From: Rozella allomycis CSF55
Taxonomy: Eukaryota
Reading direction: 5' to 3'
DNA length: 62,177 bases
NCBI GenBank assembly: GCA_000442015.1
Contig: KE560931.1
Coordinates: 1-62,177, forward strand
Shown here: piece by piece, positions 1 to 11,069 of the stretch
How the letters are laid out: every line of letters starts with the position of its first letter
How positions within the stretch are numbered: the first letter of the stretch is position 1
Made by a program: the position numbers and the translations under genes
The notes under the pieces: generated by a model
What the model was told of the DNA's origin: nothing
What the model saw: only the letters and a program-made list of their open reading frames with translations
Databases searched by the model: none

Positions 1-712
1 AGCTTTTTAGACCATCAAAAATTCAAATCTGTCGGGTTGATTCGCGCAGATGTTTGTTCAAATGTCCAAAATTGACAGAAAACAATCATTTCATTTTGTA
101 CCCATATTAGCGTAATTGACAAAAATTAACTTTAATACGTACTTAAAGGATCAACAGTCAAGCCTATTAATAGTTAAAAGTTATGAATTGCGATGGACCA
201 CCTAGTCTACCTCCACGGGATATCCTTTTAACACCTATTGAGAAACCTTTTGTGCGTTAGAAACTTTCAAATCATTATATCCTTTTGACAAGCAGCAAAT
301 TCTAATGATGGGCGATGAATGTTGCGATTTTTATGTTGTGCCTCTACAAAGAGCATTGATACCACCACTTTGCACATCCATTTGTATATTAATTTTAGTT
401 GTTAAAGAAATCATCGCGCAAAATTTGGTAGAGACAGATCATTGTAACTTGTAAGCGACATACATGGTAGTCTAATAAGCCTATAGAGACCAATTTCAAT
501 GTTACGATCCCCCAATTTTAGTATATGCTTAACCAATATGTAGTTCATCGTATGCAGTTTGACGGTCGTTAGATTATACACTATGTCTGCTCCAGTTGTG
601 GTCCATAATTCTATCAGGTTTGATGTGGACGCTACATTATTAATTAGAAGGAATGTTGATGCCTATATATTCGCATAATGACTAAGCGTTTTCAAAGTCT
701 AATTTATTATTG

Positions 713-1729
713 ATGGGTTTTGTTCGTTTCACAAAGAGATTGATATCGATAGCTGTTGTACCTTCAATTGTGTTCTGGGCGCTTGTGACGGTCTTTTCTC
801 CTGTAAAGGTCGAACGAGACTGGATGGAATTAGTAGCTAAACTTCCAACAAAATCTGCATTCGTTATGGTCACCGAAGAGTCAAGATTAGACGATGTAAA
901 AGTAACTATTCAGTACATTCAAGACAATTTTAACAGATTCTTCAACTATCCCATCCTGATTCTCAGCAACACACAATTCTCAAAAGAGTTCAAACTCAAG
1001 GTTCGCATATTTGCAAGGTCACGGGTAACCTTTGACATTATTGACCAGTCATTATGGGGCTATCCATCTGAAAAACTACGCGATACGTGGAAACCAAGAA
1101 TGGAGGATTTTGGAAAACAGTTTAAATATTCTATTCTTCATGCTGACAGTGAATCCTTCAGACACATGTCTCGGTTCTGGGCGTTTAAATTCATGCATCA
1201 TAGATTAATAAGGAACCTTGATTATGTCTGGAGACTTGAAGCAGGGTCAAAGTTGACGTGTGTCATCGAAAAAGATATCTTTGCAGAATTCCAGGAAAAA
1301 AATCTTAAATATGGATTCGCCATGGCTATGAAAGAGTTTCATGAAACTGTGACAGACTTTTGGGAACTCACTACAAAGCCTGATCTTATAAGGAACGATG
1401 ACAAGAGCTATAATTTATGCCATTTTTGGACAAACTTTGAGATTATGCATATACCTTCGTTTCAGTCAATTTCTTATAAGGAGTTTTCGGATTTTGTAGA
1501 TGCTACTGGATTGATTTACACCAGCAGACTTTCAGATGGCCCAATAAGAACTATCGGTGTGATGCGAAATTTTAAAACAAATGAGATTGCGCATCTTAGT
1601 GATTTTGGTTATATCCACACTTCTCATTCATTTTGCCCGGTTTTAGATCGCTGCTATTGCAAAGACGGATCAATGAATGAATGCACGGATGCCTTTTCCA
1701 AAGAGTTTGTCAAATATTCTAATGAATAA
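713..1729 (+). CDS. Glycosyltransferase family 15 (KRE2/MNT1-like alpha-1,2-mannosyltransferase)
   Basis: N-terminal TM anchor; SFRHMSRF, DYVWRLE, YGF, YNLCHFWTNFEI, R-x-SD-GPI and GY-x-H motifs typical of GT15. Confidence 0.85.
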   Translation: MGFVRFTKRLISIAVVPSIVFWALVTVFSPVKVERDWMELVAKLPTKSAFVMVTEESRLDDVKVTIQYIQDNFNRFFNYPILILSNTQFSKEFKLKVRIFARSRVTFDIIDQSLWGYPSEKLRDTWKPRMEDFGKQFKYSILHADSESFRHMSRFWAFKFMHHRLIRNLDYVWRLEAGSKLTCVIEKDIFAEFQEKNLKYGFAMAMKEFHETVTDFWELTTKPDLIRNDDKSYNLCHFWTNFEIMHIPSFQSISYKEFSDFVDATGLIYTSRLSDGPIRTIGVMRNFKTNEIAHLSDFGYIHTSHSFCPVLDRCYCKDGSMNECTDAFSKEFVKYSNE

Positions 1730-1808
1730 AGTTGCCTTATTCTCATGATATACGTGAAAATTGTTTTTAAAATTCAGGACCGAAAATTGCGAAATTTCAT
1801 AAACTGTA

Positions 1809-2663
1809 ATGGCCGAAAGAAAAGTTCTCAACAAGTATATTCCTCCAAACTTTGACCCAAATAAAATACCCAGAGGCTTTAAACCAAGAGACAAACTACA
1901 CAGAGTCCGAATTATGGCGCCTTTCACAATGCGCTGTAATAGTTGTGGAGAGTTTATTTATCGCTCAACCAAATTCAATACTAGAAAAGAAATTTGCTAC
2001 GGTGAAAATTATTTGGGAATTCAAATTTACAGATTTTACCTGGACTGCCCTGTCTGTAAAAATGTTATTTCGATAAAAACTGATCCCAAGAATTTAGACT
2101 ATGCTTTAGAGAAAGGTGCAACAAGAAATTTTGAACCTTGGAAAGAAGCCCAGATATGGAATGACTTTGTGTCGAAAATGAGGGAGCAGGAAGAAGAATT
2201 TGATCCGATGAAAGCGTTGGAAAATAGGACAGCCGATTCCAAGCGTGAAATCGAACAAATGGAGATTTTAGATGAATTGAGGACTATGAATGCTCGACAC
2301 GAGAAAGTTAGCTTTGACGACGTGCTCAATATGGTTTCAAATAAAGTTACTCCACAGGAAGCCAAGGAGCTTGAAAAAGAAGAAAAAGAAAAGGAAGAGG
2401 ACGAAGAATTAATTAAGAAATATTTTGGAAAGTTTGAAGAAAGCGAAGAACTTGATCATTATGTTAAAAGAATACAAGATGATGAGTCAGACGATGGTGA
2501 ACCTCCTGTTAGTGTTGATGTCCAAAATATGGTACAGAAAGAAGATAAAAAGATTAAACCCGCAAGTCTCGGTGTTAGAGTCAAGAAAGCACCAAAGAAA
2601 GATTCTGGTAAACAGAAAGTATCCATGAACGGTCTAGCTTTATTGGCATCCTATGAAAATTAA
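1809..2663 (+). CDS. YJU2: Splicing factor YJU2/CWC16/CCDC94
   Basis: MAERKVLNKYIPPNFDP, RIMAPFTMRCNSCGE, YLGIQIYRFY-x2-CPVC, KTDPKNLDY. Confidence 0.95.
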   Translation: MAERKVLNKYIPPNFDPNKIPRGFKPRDKLHRVRIMAPFTMRCNSCGEFIYRSTKFNTRKEICYGENYLGIQIYRFYLDCPVCKNVISIKTDPKNLDYALEKGATRNFEPWKEAQIWNDFVSKMREQEEEFDPMKALENRTADSKREIEQMEILDELRTMNARHEKVSFDDVLNMVSNKVTPQEAKELEKEEKEKEEDEELIKKYFGKFEESEELDHYVKRIQDDESDDGEPPVSVDVQNMVQKEDKKIKPASLGVRVKKAPKKDSGKQKVSMNGLALLASYEN

Positions 2664-2730
2664 ATAAAACACTTTTTGTCTGTATTTTTATCACTGAATC
2701 CCCTAAGTGGGAACGTAGAATTTTCATAAT

Positions 2731-3625
2731 ATGAATGCAAGAACAAAGTTAGGTGTAATCGGATGCGGAACCATGGCCAAGGCAATAATATCTGGTCTAG
2801 AGCAATCGGATCATGATCTTTATTTGTCTGTCTCTTCACAAACCAGTTTTGACAAACTGAAGGAGTCCTTTCCGGCAGCAAGGATCACGTTTTCCAATCA
2901 AGAAGTAGTTGATAAAAGTGACATAATAATGATTGCGTACTCAAGTTTAAAAGTTACAATTTAGTGTGAAACCCTTTAACCTCAAGGATATTTTGGAACC
3001 TTTGAACTGTTCTGACTCGAACAAGGTTTTTGTGTCAGTTTGTGCTGGAGTAAGTAGAGAAAATCTGCAAAAATGGATTGGAAGCCCGAATGTTGTACGT
3101 GCTATGCCAAATACGCCTTGTATGATCAAAGAAGGAATGACTGCTATAACAAGCGATGCACCAATGACAGACGTACAAAAGAGTATTTTGACTGGTAAGA
3201 AAATATTCATATCTTATAATTGCTTTATTTGAGACTGTCGGAAAAGTAATATGGATAGATGAAAAGCACTTTGATTCTGTCACTGCTCTGAGTGGATGTG
3301 GGCCTGCATTTTTTTCGTAATACTTTTATTGGAATTATAAAGAACGATTATCGAAGCAATGACAGATGCCGCGTTGTCTTTAGGATTGCCAAGAACTACT
3401 TCTCATACATTAATCGCCCAAACGATGAAGGGAACTGCCGGTATGGTTCTAAATGGGGCGCATCCATCTTTTGCTAAAGAATCTGTAACAACTCCAGGTG
3501 GTTGTACAATAGCAGGTTTGCTTAAGATGGAAGAATATGGAACACGAAATGCCTTGATAAAAACAGTTCTTGAGGCTGCAAAGTCATCTAAAGAAATGGC
3601 CACCGTAAAACAAAGATCAGATTAA
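2731..3625 (+). CDS. PRO3: Pyrroline-5-carboxylate reductase (4 exons)
   Basis: GVIGCGTMA, VRAMPNTP, TALSGCGPAF, VTTPGGCTIAGL; introns 2937-2964, 3195-3222 (TG acceptor), 3317-3342. Confidence 0.93.
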
Positions 3626-3662
3626 AGTTAATAAACTTCTTCTACCACGGCGTTAGTATACA

Positions 3663-3736
3663 GGTCCTGTGGCCAAATTGGATAAGGCGCCTGACTACGG
3701 ATCAGGCGATTGCACGTTCGAGTCGTGCCAGGATCG
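3663..3736 (+). tRNA. tRNA-Arg (ACG)
   Basis: Acceptor stem GGTCCTG/CAGGATC, anticodon arm CCTGA-CTACGGA-TCAGG, T loop GTTCGAGT, followed by a T run (Pol III terminator). Confidence 0.93.
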
Positions 3737-3878
3737 TTTTATAACTTTTATAACTTTTGCATTCTTTGTGTTTGTTTTCTTTTTTTTCAACATCCACATA
3801 GTGACTATTGTAAAATATCTGTTTGTATATTTGCTGGCTATCGCCTGTGGGAGAAGTGGCTTTGTGTAACCCCTGTTC

Positions 3879-4598
3879 ATGAACGAGAGAAATACAGAGT
3901 CTGTTCGATTGTGGAGAGTTCATAAGACTGTTCATCAAATGGTGCACGATCGTGGCTATGTTGTTTCGCAATCGGAATTAGATTTATCTCTTCAAGACTT
4001 CTTGACCAAGTTTGGACAAAATGGCATGATTACAGAGTAAGCATCACATTCTAAGTAAGAAACTTAAGGCGGACCAAATTAACATTTTTAGTACAGCATA
4101 GAACTGATCCAACAAATCAACTGTACGTGTTTTTTGCTGAAGAACTTTCTTTGGGTGTTAAATCTATAAGAGAGTACATATTAACGAAAAATAATATTTT
4201 AGTTTTGTAGATAAGATGAGTGAGAGCAATGTTTTTCGTGGAATAATTATTCATCGACAAAAAATGACACCACCAGCAAACAAAGTTATCGAACAGCTTT
4301 CCCATAAATTCACTTTGGAAAAATTTGAAGAAAGTGAATTGGTGGTAAATATTACTGAGCATATTCTTGTTCCAAAGCATCAGTTAATGTCTGACGAAGA
4401 AAAGAAAGAATTACTTGAAAAGTATCACTTGAAGGAATCTCAACTTCCAAGAATTTTGATCTCGGATCCTGTTGCAAGATATTATGGATTAAAGCGCGGT
4501 CAAGTAATTGGGTTTTAATGAAATGTCTATAGGTAGTCAAAATTACACGTGCTTCTGAAACTGCAGGTAGATATGTTACCTATCGTATGGCATATTAA
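3879..4598 (+). CDS. RPB5: RNA polymerase I/II/III subunit RPB5 (spliced)
   Basis: [72 protein letters not shown]. Confidence 0.95.
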
Positions 4599-4667
4599 AA
4601 ATGACAATAAATGATTAATTATCTCTTGTTCACAACTTAATTGATATGTGGCTGACTACTTTATTGA

Positions 4668-6191
4668 ATGACGGGTGTCAAACTTGAAAAAACTAGAGCA
4701 AAACAAAGGGCCAAAGAGTTTATTCATGATTATGAGCATTATACTTCAATCATTAAGTAATTTGCTAAAACAACAATGATAGCTCAATACAGCCCCTGCA
4801 ATCATTTTCCAACGCTCAAAGCCAGAATACGTCTAGACCCATTTTAAATAAAAAGAAAAGCAATAATTCGTTTCAAGGATTGGGTGCTGGTGTTGTTGAT
4901 GAAAATGATCAATCTGGAGAATCAGCGGATGATGAAGCTACTACAATTGAGCGAATACAATTCTATCTCATAGATGTTTCAAAACATTTATATTTCCAAA
5001 TACTAATAATGGCAATGGTGCTAACAAGCTCTATTTTGGCGGGTATGGACTTTAGAAATACACCTTACGAAACCCAGATCCAAATTGTTGAACTGGGTTT
5101 CTTGGGAGCATATACTTTTGAGTTTCTTATCAAAGTAAATCGATTAAACTTATTTGCTTGCATAGGTTTTGGGTGATTGGAGAGACTACTTCAATAATAA
5201 CTACACAAGATTTGACTTTCTAATATTAATAGTGAGTTACGTGCAAATATTTCTCACTTCTAGCGGAAGCGGTTCTAATTTAGGGTTTTTGCGTGTTTTT
5301 AGAGGTAAAATATAAAATATTTTATGTCTAAGCGCTCCGTTCACTCCGTGCATTAAGAATGATTGGGTTCTTCAGAACTCTACAGGTTATAGTTAATGCT
5401 CTACTTAAAACATTACGAACAAATGTTAAAGATTTGATATTTTTATTGCTGCTTTTAATGTTCATTTTCGCGGTAATGGCTATAAACTTTTTTGGTCAAC
5501 CTGGAGGCGATGAATACAACTGGGGTTCGTTCGGTGGAGCATTTGCAGTTTTAATGACTCATGTTACTGTAAAAATTTCTTTGCTGTAAATTATCAGGCT
5601 GACAGCTGGACTGATTATCAAGACATTTTAGTTCAAAAAGGCTTCGAGGGTTGCCAATGGTTTTCAATCATCTTTTTGTACATAGGACATTTTTTATTCA
5701 CAAATATATTTATCGCTATAATAATCCAAGTAAAAATATAGATTCAAAGTAATAAGAACATTCACGAAGCAACTGAATTGGAATTGGAAATCCAGGAAAA
5801 AGCGAGAGAGGAAAGTGTATTATTAAAGAAAGCCGTATTCATGTTAAGTTAATGTAAGCTAGGCTTTCCTTGATCAACAACCGTTAAACGGTATAGAAGT
5901 AATTGAGTTGTTAAATTTTTCATAGAAACAATTCTCGCCTAAAAAATTGGAAGATTTGTTGGCGCAATTAAAAAATACAGTCCGACACGATGATATTTTT
6001 CCAACTGATTACTTGTCTTGTGACTTAACTTGGCTCGAAACATACGTAATCACGCTACATCATCAGGAGAATACAATGTATAGGTAAGCGTACCTTTTTT
6101 GTTTTATGAACGATGCCAGCAGCTTCACTTTGAAATCGCATCTGTATTGGCCGGACTTTATGAAAGACAATGTCAGCAGCAGTCTCTTTAG
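4668..6191 (+). CDS. CATSPER3: CatSper3-like voltage-gated cation channel subunit (spliced)
   Basis: S4 FLRVFRALRSLRALR; pore VTADSWTD; S6 FTNIFIAIII; C-terminal TLHHQENTMYRCQQLHFEIASVL resembles the CatSper3 tail. Confidence 0.75.
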
Positions 6192-6286
6192 TCTTTAATA
6201 AACTCAATAAACTTTACATTCTAGATTAGATTAGTTATTGCTAAATTAAAGTTTTGCTCGCTCTGCCACGATTGCTAACATTGAAG

Positions 6287-7636
6287 ATGTCAAAGAGATA
6301 TCTTCAAAATCCGTTTTATAAAACATCTGAGGAGCTTTTATTAAAGTATCTTGATGAAGAAGACGGAGTTTGTAAAATTAAGCAAAGCAGCCAAAAAGAA
6401 ATCTTATATTCTCTTAACGAAGCTTTAAAGGAAATCACTTCAAATGTTAAACCGTCTCTTGGAGCTGATGACTATTCGGTATACTCAGGTATTAAAGTAA
6501 ATAGTAAATCAAAATAGGTTTAGCGGGCATTTCTTACACCTTTCTCAAGATATTTTTGAACGACAGAGCCTTCAGATTTCAAAACCAATCCGCATTAACC
6601 TGGGCCTTGAAGTATATTGAAGCGTCAACCGATATGATCAAAGCCAATGGGATAAAGAAAAACGCGGGTGGGTTCTTAGGGACCCAAACGGGCTGCTTAT
6701 CTCTTGCATCAGTGATATACTCATACACTCTGGAGCACGAAAGAGCTTTTGAATACGTCAACTTAATATTTGATAGTGTAAACAGGGGTATTGTTAAGCC
6801 AAATATCACAAGTGAAGAACTTCTTTACGGAAAGGCCGGTATAATATACTCATTGCTCTTTATTTATCGCAACTTTTTTAACATTTCGCAACATCTGAAA
6901 GCTAATATCGGATTTTTGACTAAAAACATTGCCGAGAGTATTATTAAAGAAGGCAAAAAACATTCGACCACCCTTCCAGATTCTTCTTTTGCACCAAGTT
7001 TATGGTTCTGGCATGGAAAAGCATATCTCGGCGCAGCACATGGTGTGGCTGGCATTTTGGCCGTTCTCTTGCAGATTCCAAAAAGATATTGGCCTGATAA
7101 TCTTTCGGAATTTATCCTTGAATCTTTAAATTTTCTGAGTAGCCAAATAAAGGGAGGAAAGCTGAAAGCGACAACGCAAAGCTCCAATGATGATTTGGTC
7201 CAGTTTTGTCATGGTCCTTCAGGAATTACACATCTTTTGACATTAGCTGCATCCAAATCATCAAATGATCGAGAAAGTATCGTTGAAGTAGCCAAAACAT
7301 GTGTAGACACAGTGTGGCAAAAAGGAATACTAAAGAAGGGTGTCGGACTTTGCCATGGAATTTCGGGAAATGCATATGCATGCTTGGATCTATTTAAGCT
7401 TACCCGAGAAAAACAATATCTTGTGCAAACGCTATATTTTTCTGAGCGGTGTATGAGTTGGAAGCAGGAAACTTTGAACGGTAAAATAGGAGTTTTTTGA
7501 TAATTATATAGGTAAACTTAGGCTACCGGATGCACCGTATTCATTGATGGAAGGCCTATGCGGCGCTGTATGCCTTTGGAATGATCTACTTTGGTTGGAG
7601 AAGTATAAGGGTTTTCCTTGTCTGTCAGATCTCTAA
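6287..7636 (+). CDS. LanC-like protein (LANCL)
   Basis: ELLYGKAG, YLGAAHGVAGI, VQFCHGPSG, GLCHGISGNAY, PDAPYSLMEG; 2 introns. Confidence 0.9.
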
Positions 7637-7927
7637 GAAAATAAAAGAGCCATTAATCTTATAATGCCTTTTAGATGATATAGATTTGTAAGCCTTCATT
7701 CGTACAGGCTGCCCATTTGTTTTGAGGTCAGACCGTTTGGTAATAGATGGCATGTTCTTCTAGGGATTTTGTTTACATCTTGTCTCATTTGGAAAGACAT
7801 GATGAGGTAAAAAGCCCTGTGGGTACTTGAAACTACGCCTCCGCATATTGGTGCGCCTCTAATTCCAAAATATAATCTTATGGTCGACAAGGAGAAAATT
7901 GAAATAGAAAAATTTATTAAATAGGAA

Positions 7928-9423
7928 TTATAGTAGACGATACCACGGCTTTTTGTTCAAAGATTCTTCTAAGGCGTTCTCCTTCGACTCTTCATCTCGA
8001 AGGTATTGGCTGATTCTAAATCCTGATGCGACCGAATCACCAGTAGTAGAATACACAGCTGTGGAGTACACTGGGGAAGAAGATGAGTATGGAGTTGATG
8101 AATATAATGAGATCATTCTTTGTCGGGAACATACTGGCGTCAAAGTTCGTTCTGGGACGTCTGTCAAAACAGATTCACTTTGATCATTATGTAAATTTAA
8201 CTGCGGTTCATGCAATGGCTCGGGAATCGGTTCGCTTAGTTCTTTACTGGTAAAGTTATGTTCAAGGTCAGACATGTTGTCAGCTTCAGTTAAACTCTTA
8301 ATCATGGAAGCCATGTCTTGAACTTCGAAATATTCCTCGTCCTTATCTTCTACTATTGAAGGCAATGGTTTCGTAGTTTGAACAGTTTTTACTTTGTTTG
8401 CAATTGAAGGCATTCGTTGTACCCAAGCTCTAAACTTTTGTTTGAATGTGGAATTGTCTTCATGGGGACGGTCGTTACTTATTGTATGATGACTAATATC
8501 ACCATTTCTAACTCTGATAACTGAACCAATAAAGTAGGCCAAGAAATTGGAAAATCCTCTGAGTGGGGAGAAGAAGGCTTGTGCAACCGAAAAAGAATAG
8601 ATCGCATTTCCTCCGTTTATCGCTATTATAATTCGATTCAGCGTACCTGGTGTCCATGTCACCAAGAAAGCCAACGTATAAAAAACAGTCGTTCTAAGAA
8701 AATTTGTTCTGAATTGTATAAATTTATCCTTGCTCTTAACATCCCTATTAAAGATTTCAAAGAACCTTACTTGGATTTCTTTCCTAAATACCTAAAAACT
8801 GAAACGTACGTTCCTAAATTGACAAAAATGAAAGAGACCCATAAAGGAATAAAAAATAAAACCAATTGAATTGAGAACCAATCAGAAGTAATCCAACACC
8901 TGCTATCATATGAAATTTATATTTACCACAAAATAGCATCACCGTATACTAATGATTTTCTACTCCCGGGAACTATTAGCAAAGGTATCATTGCAATAAA
9001 CATTGCTGTCAGCCAAATTACACCATGAAAGTATTTGTGAATGACTTTGATATCTGCCGTGGTTTTATCATAGAATAGAATAAGTACCAAGCTTAATGAC
9101 ATTGCAATAGTATATAGAATAGATGAAATGTCGCCAAGCTGCATCAAAAAAGCTTGAAGCTGACATATAAAGGAATACGAGCCATTATCCGGACCAACCC
9201 TAATAAGAATAAGACCATGCTCTTACTTTCCAATTATTCGAGATATACTAGAGATAAAGTCTGCGACGCTCATGAACAATAATAGGCGGTTGCTTGTCGA
9301 ACGAAATTTTGGCCAAGCAAAAAATGTGACTATAACAGCGAATGACCCAAACAAAGATAGCGTTGATGTAACTGTCGTGAGTGTAGTTAATATGTTTTTT
9401 TGGTCAATGGTAAATGTCGACAT
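7928..9423 (-). CDS. 7-TM G-protein-coupled receptor (cAMP receptor/Git3-like), spliced
   Basis: SLFGSFAVIVTF, NRLLLFMSVADF, YGDAILWCWI, WTPGTLNRI, PLRGFSNFLAY and a long Ser-rich tail. Confidence 0.8.
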
Positions 9424-9597
9424 GATTCTATCTGCGACTAAGGGGTAAAATGACACAAGTTAAATTTAGAATCTAATTTCTTTTCTAGTGACACTTATAA
9501 GTTTAAACCGAAATTCCACAAAAATCATACTCTCATGTCTCATCTGTCAATTAATGAATGTACCTGTATAGATGTTTATTTGTGTTCAATGATCTAT

Positions 9598-10809
9598 CTA
9601 CCAACCAAAAAAGTCAGTCAACGTTTTCTTGGCAGAGTCAACTATCGAAGATTGACCTTTGGGAGTCTGATAGGTTTGGGAGCTAGCCAGACCACCATTT
9701 ATTACCACAGGACTGTTGATCTTGAGACTGTGACTTGTTCTATTTAGAGATGCAGATTGAGGAGCAGGAGTTTCTAGCTGATAAATATTTTTAGGATATA
9801 AGCCCGGTGTCATATTGTTAGCCAGTGGAGTTGCAGGCATGTACCTAGCAGAATTACTTGTCGGGATTGCACTCCCTGGCATCATGTGAGTTGTTCTGAT
9901 AAACACGGCAGGTGTTTGTTCTTGCTTTAAAGGTGATTTGATAGGAAGTGGAGAGATATCCATCGCCATTGGCTGCAATTTTTGTTCTTGGAAATTGCTT
10001 TGATTAGCGCCTTCATAAACGAAATCTAGTGCCTTGGGAATTCTATTAATAACCTGTAAATTATAAACCATCTTTTTCCATTACTTTTGATAAAGGCATC
10101 ACACCAACAAGAAATGCACCATTCATCATCAATTTAGCATTGCGTGCAGCGATTGCTTTTTGGGCTTGCCACGCAGACTCGTATTCTATCAGCAGCCAAT
10201 TATTCGCTTCATGCATATTAGGGCTCTTGTATCTCAAAATATCACCAAAGGATTGAAAATCCTGTAGAATATTAGTAGTCGACCAAGAAGGAAATCCAAA
10301 GACAACAATACATTGATGAATATTAGGTGGATAAGAACTATCATCACTTGTTATCAAAATAAACAAAATTTACACATTATCAGCTTCTTCTTGTGTAACA
10401 GCGACAGGACTAGTCAAAACCTTTCTCATCGGCGAGCGCCTCGCATTCTATCAACAATAATCAAATCTGCTACCTTTTCCCCATTCCTCACAAACTTATC
10501 CGGACTTCCAATAACATCATAAATAGAATCACACGGCGGCGCATCATCCACTGGCGCCTTTTTCGGCGATCGCAGCAGCGCATTAGATCTATCACTTTAA
10601 CAAATAATATTTACTCTTTCCCAAAACTTGTTTTTTCTTCCCACGGTTTTTTGAGCTGTGGCACCGGACTAGAAAAATTTGTTTGCAATCTCTGTGGATT
10701 TTGCGGTGTTGATTGCTGGGTAAAAGTTTTTTTGAAATGTTACTGAAAAGAAAAATGAAGGTGCGAACGATGATTTGGGAGATTTGGTGGGTGTTTCTGA
10801 AAATACCAT
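9598..10809 (-). CDS. NUP53: Nucleoporin NUP53/NUP35 (MPPN RRM), spliced
   Basis: APPCDSIYD; IVVFGFP...FQSFGDI...NWLLIEYESAWQAQKAI...LVGVMP; C-terminal amphipathic TLTDFFGW. Confidence 0.85.
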
Positions 10810-11069
10810 TTGTGAAATTTTGAGAAATTTGGGGCGGTTTTGAATTGGATGTGGGGTGATTGTTTGGAAGAGGTGGGATGGTTTTGGGTAAATAAAATTT
10901 AGATTGATTGTAATTGAATACTTTTTGGAGGCAATGCGTATGGTACATTAAGTTTGCAGTGTAGAACGCCTTAAATGACCGTAGCGTTAGATTCCCACTG
11001 GAAACTTGACAGTAATTGATAATCAGGAAGCCGCAATAATTTCTTCAATTTTCCAGCAGGGGTTGAGAA

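Noticed and set aside
1-700. Possible gene or transposon remnant at the window start
   Set aside because: No sustained reading frame or recognisable motif in the frames I examined.
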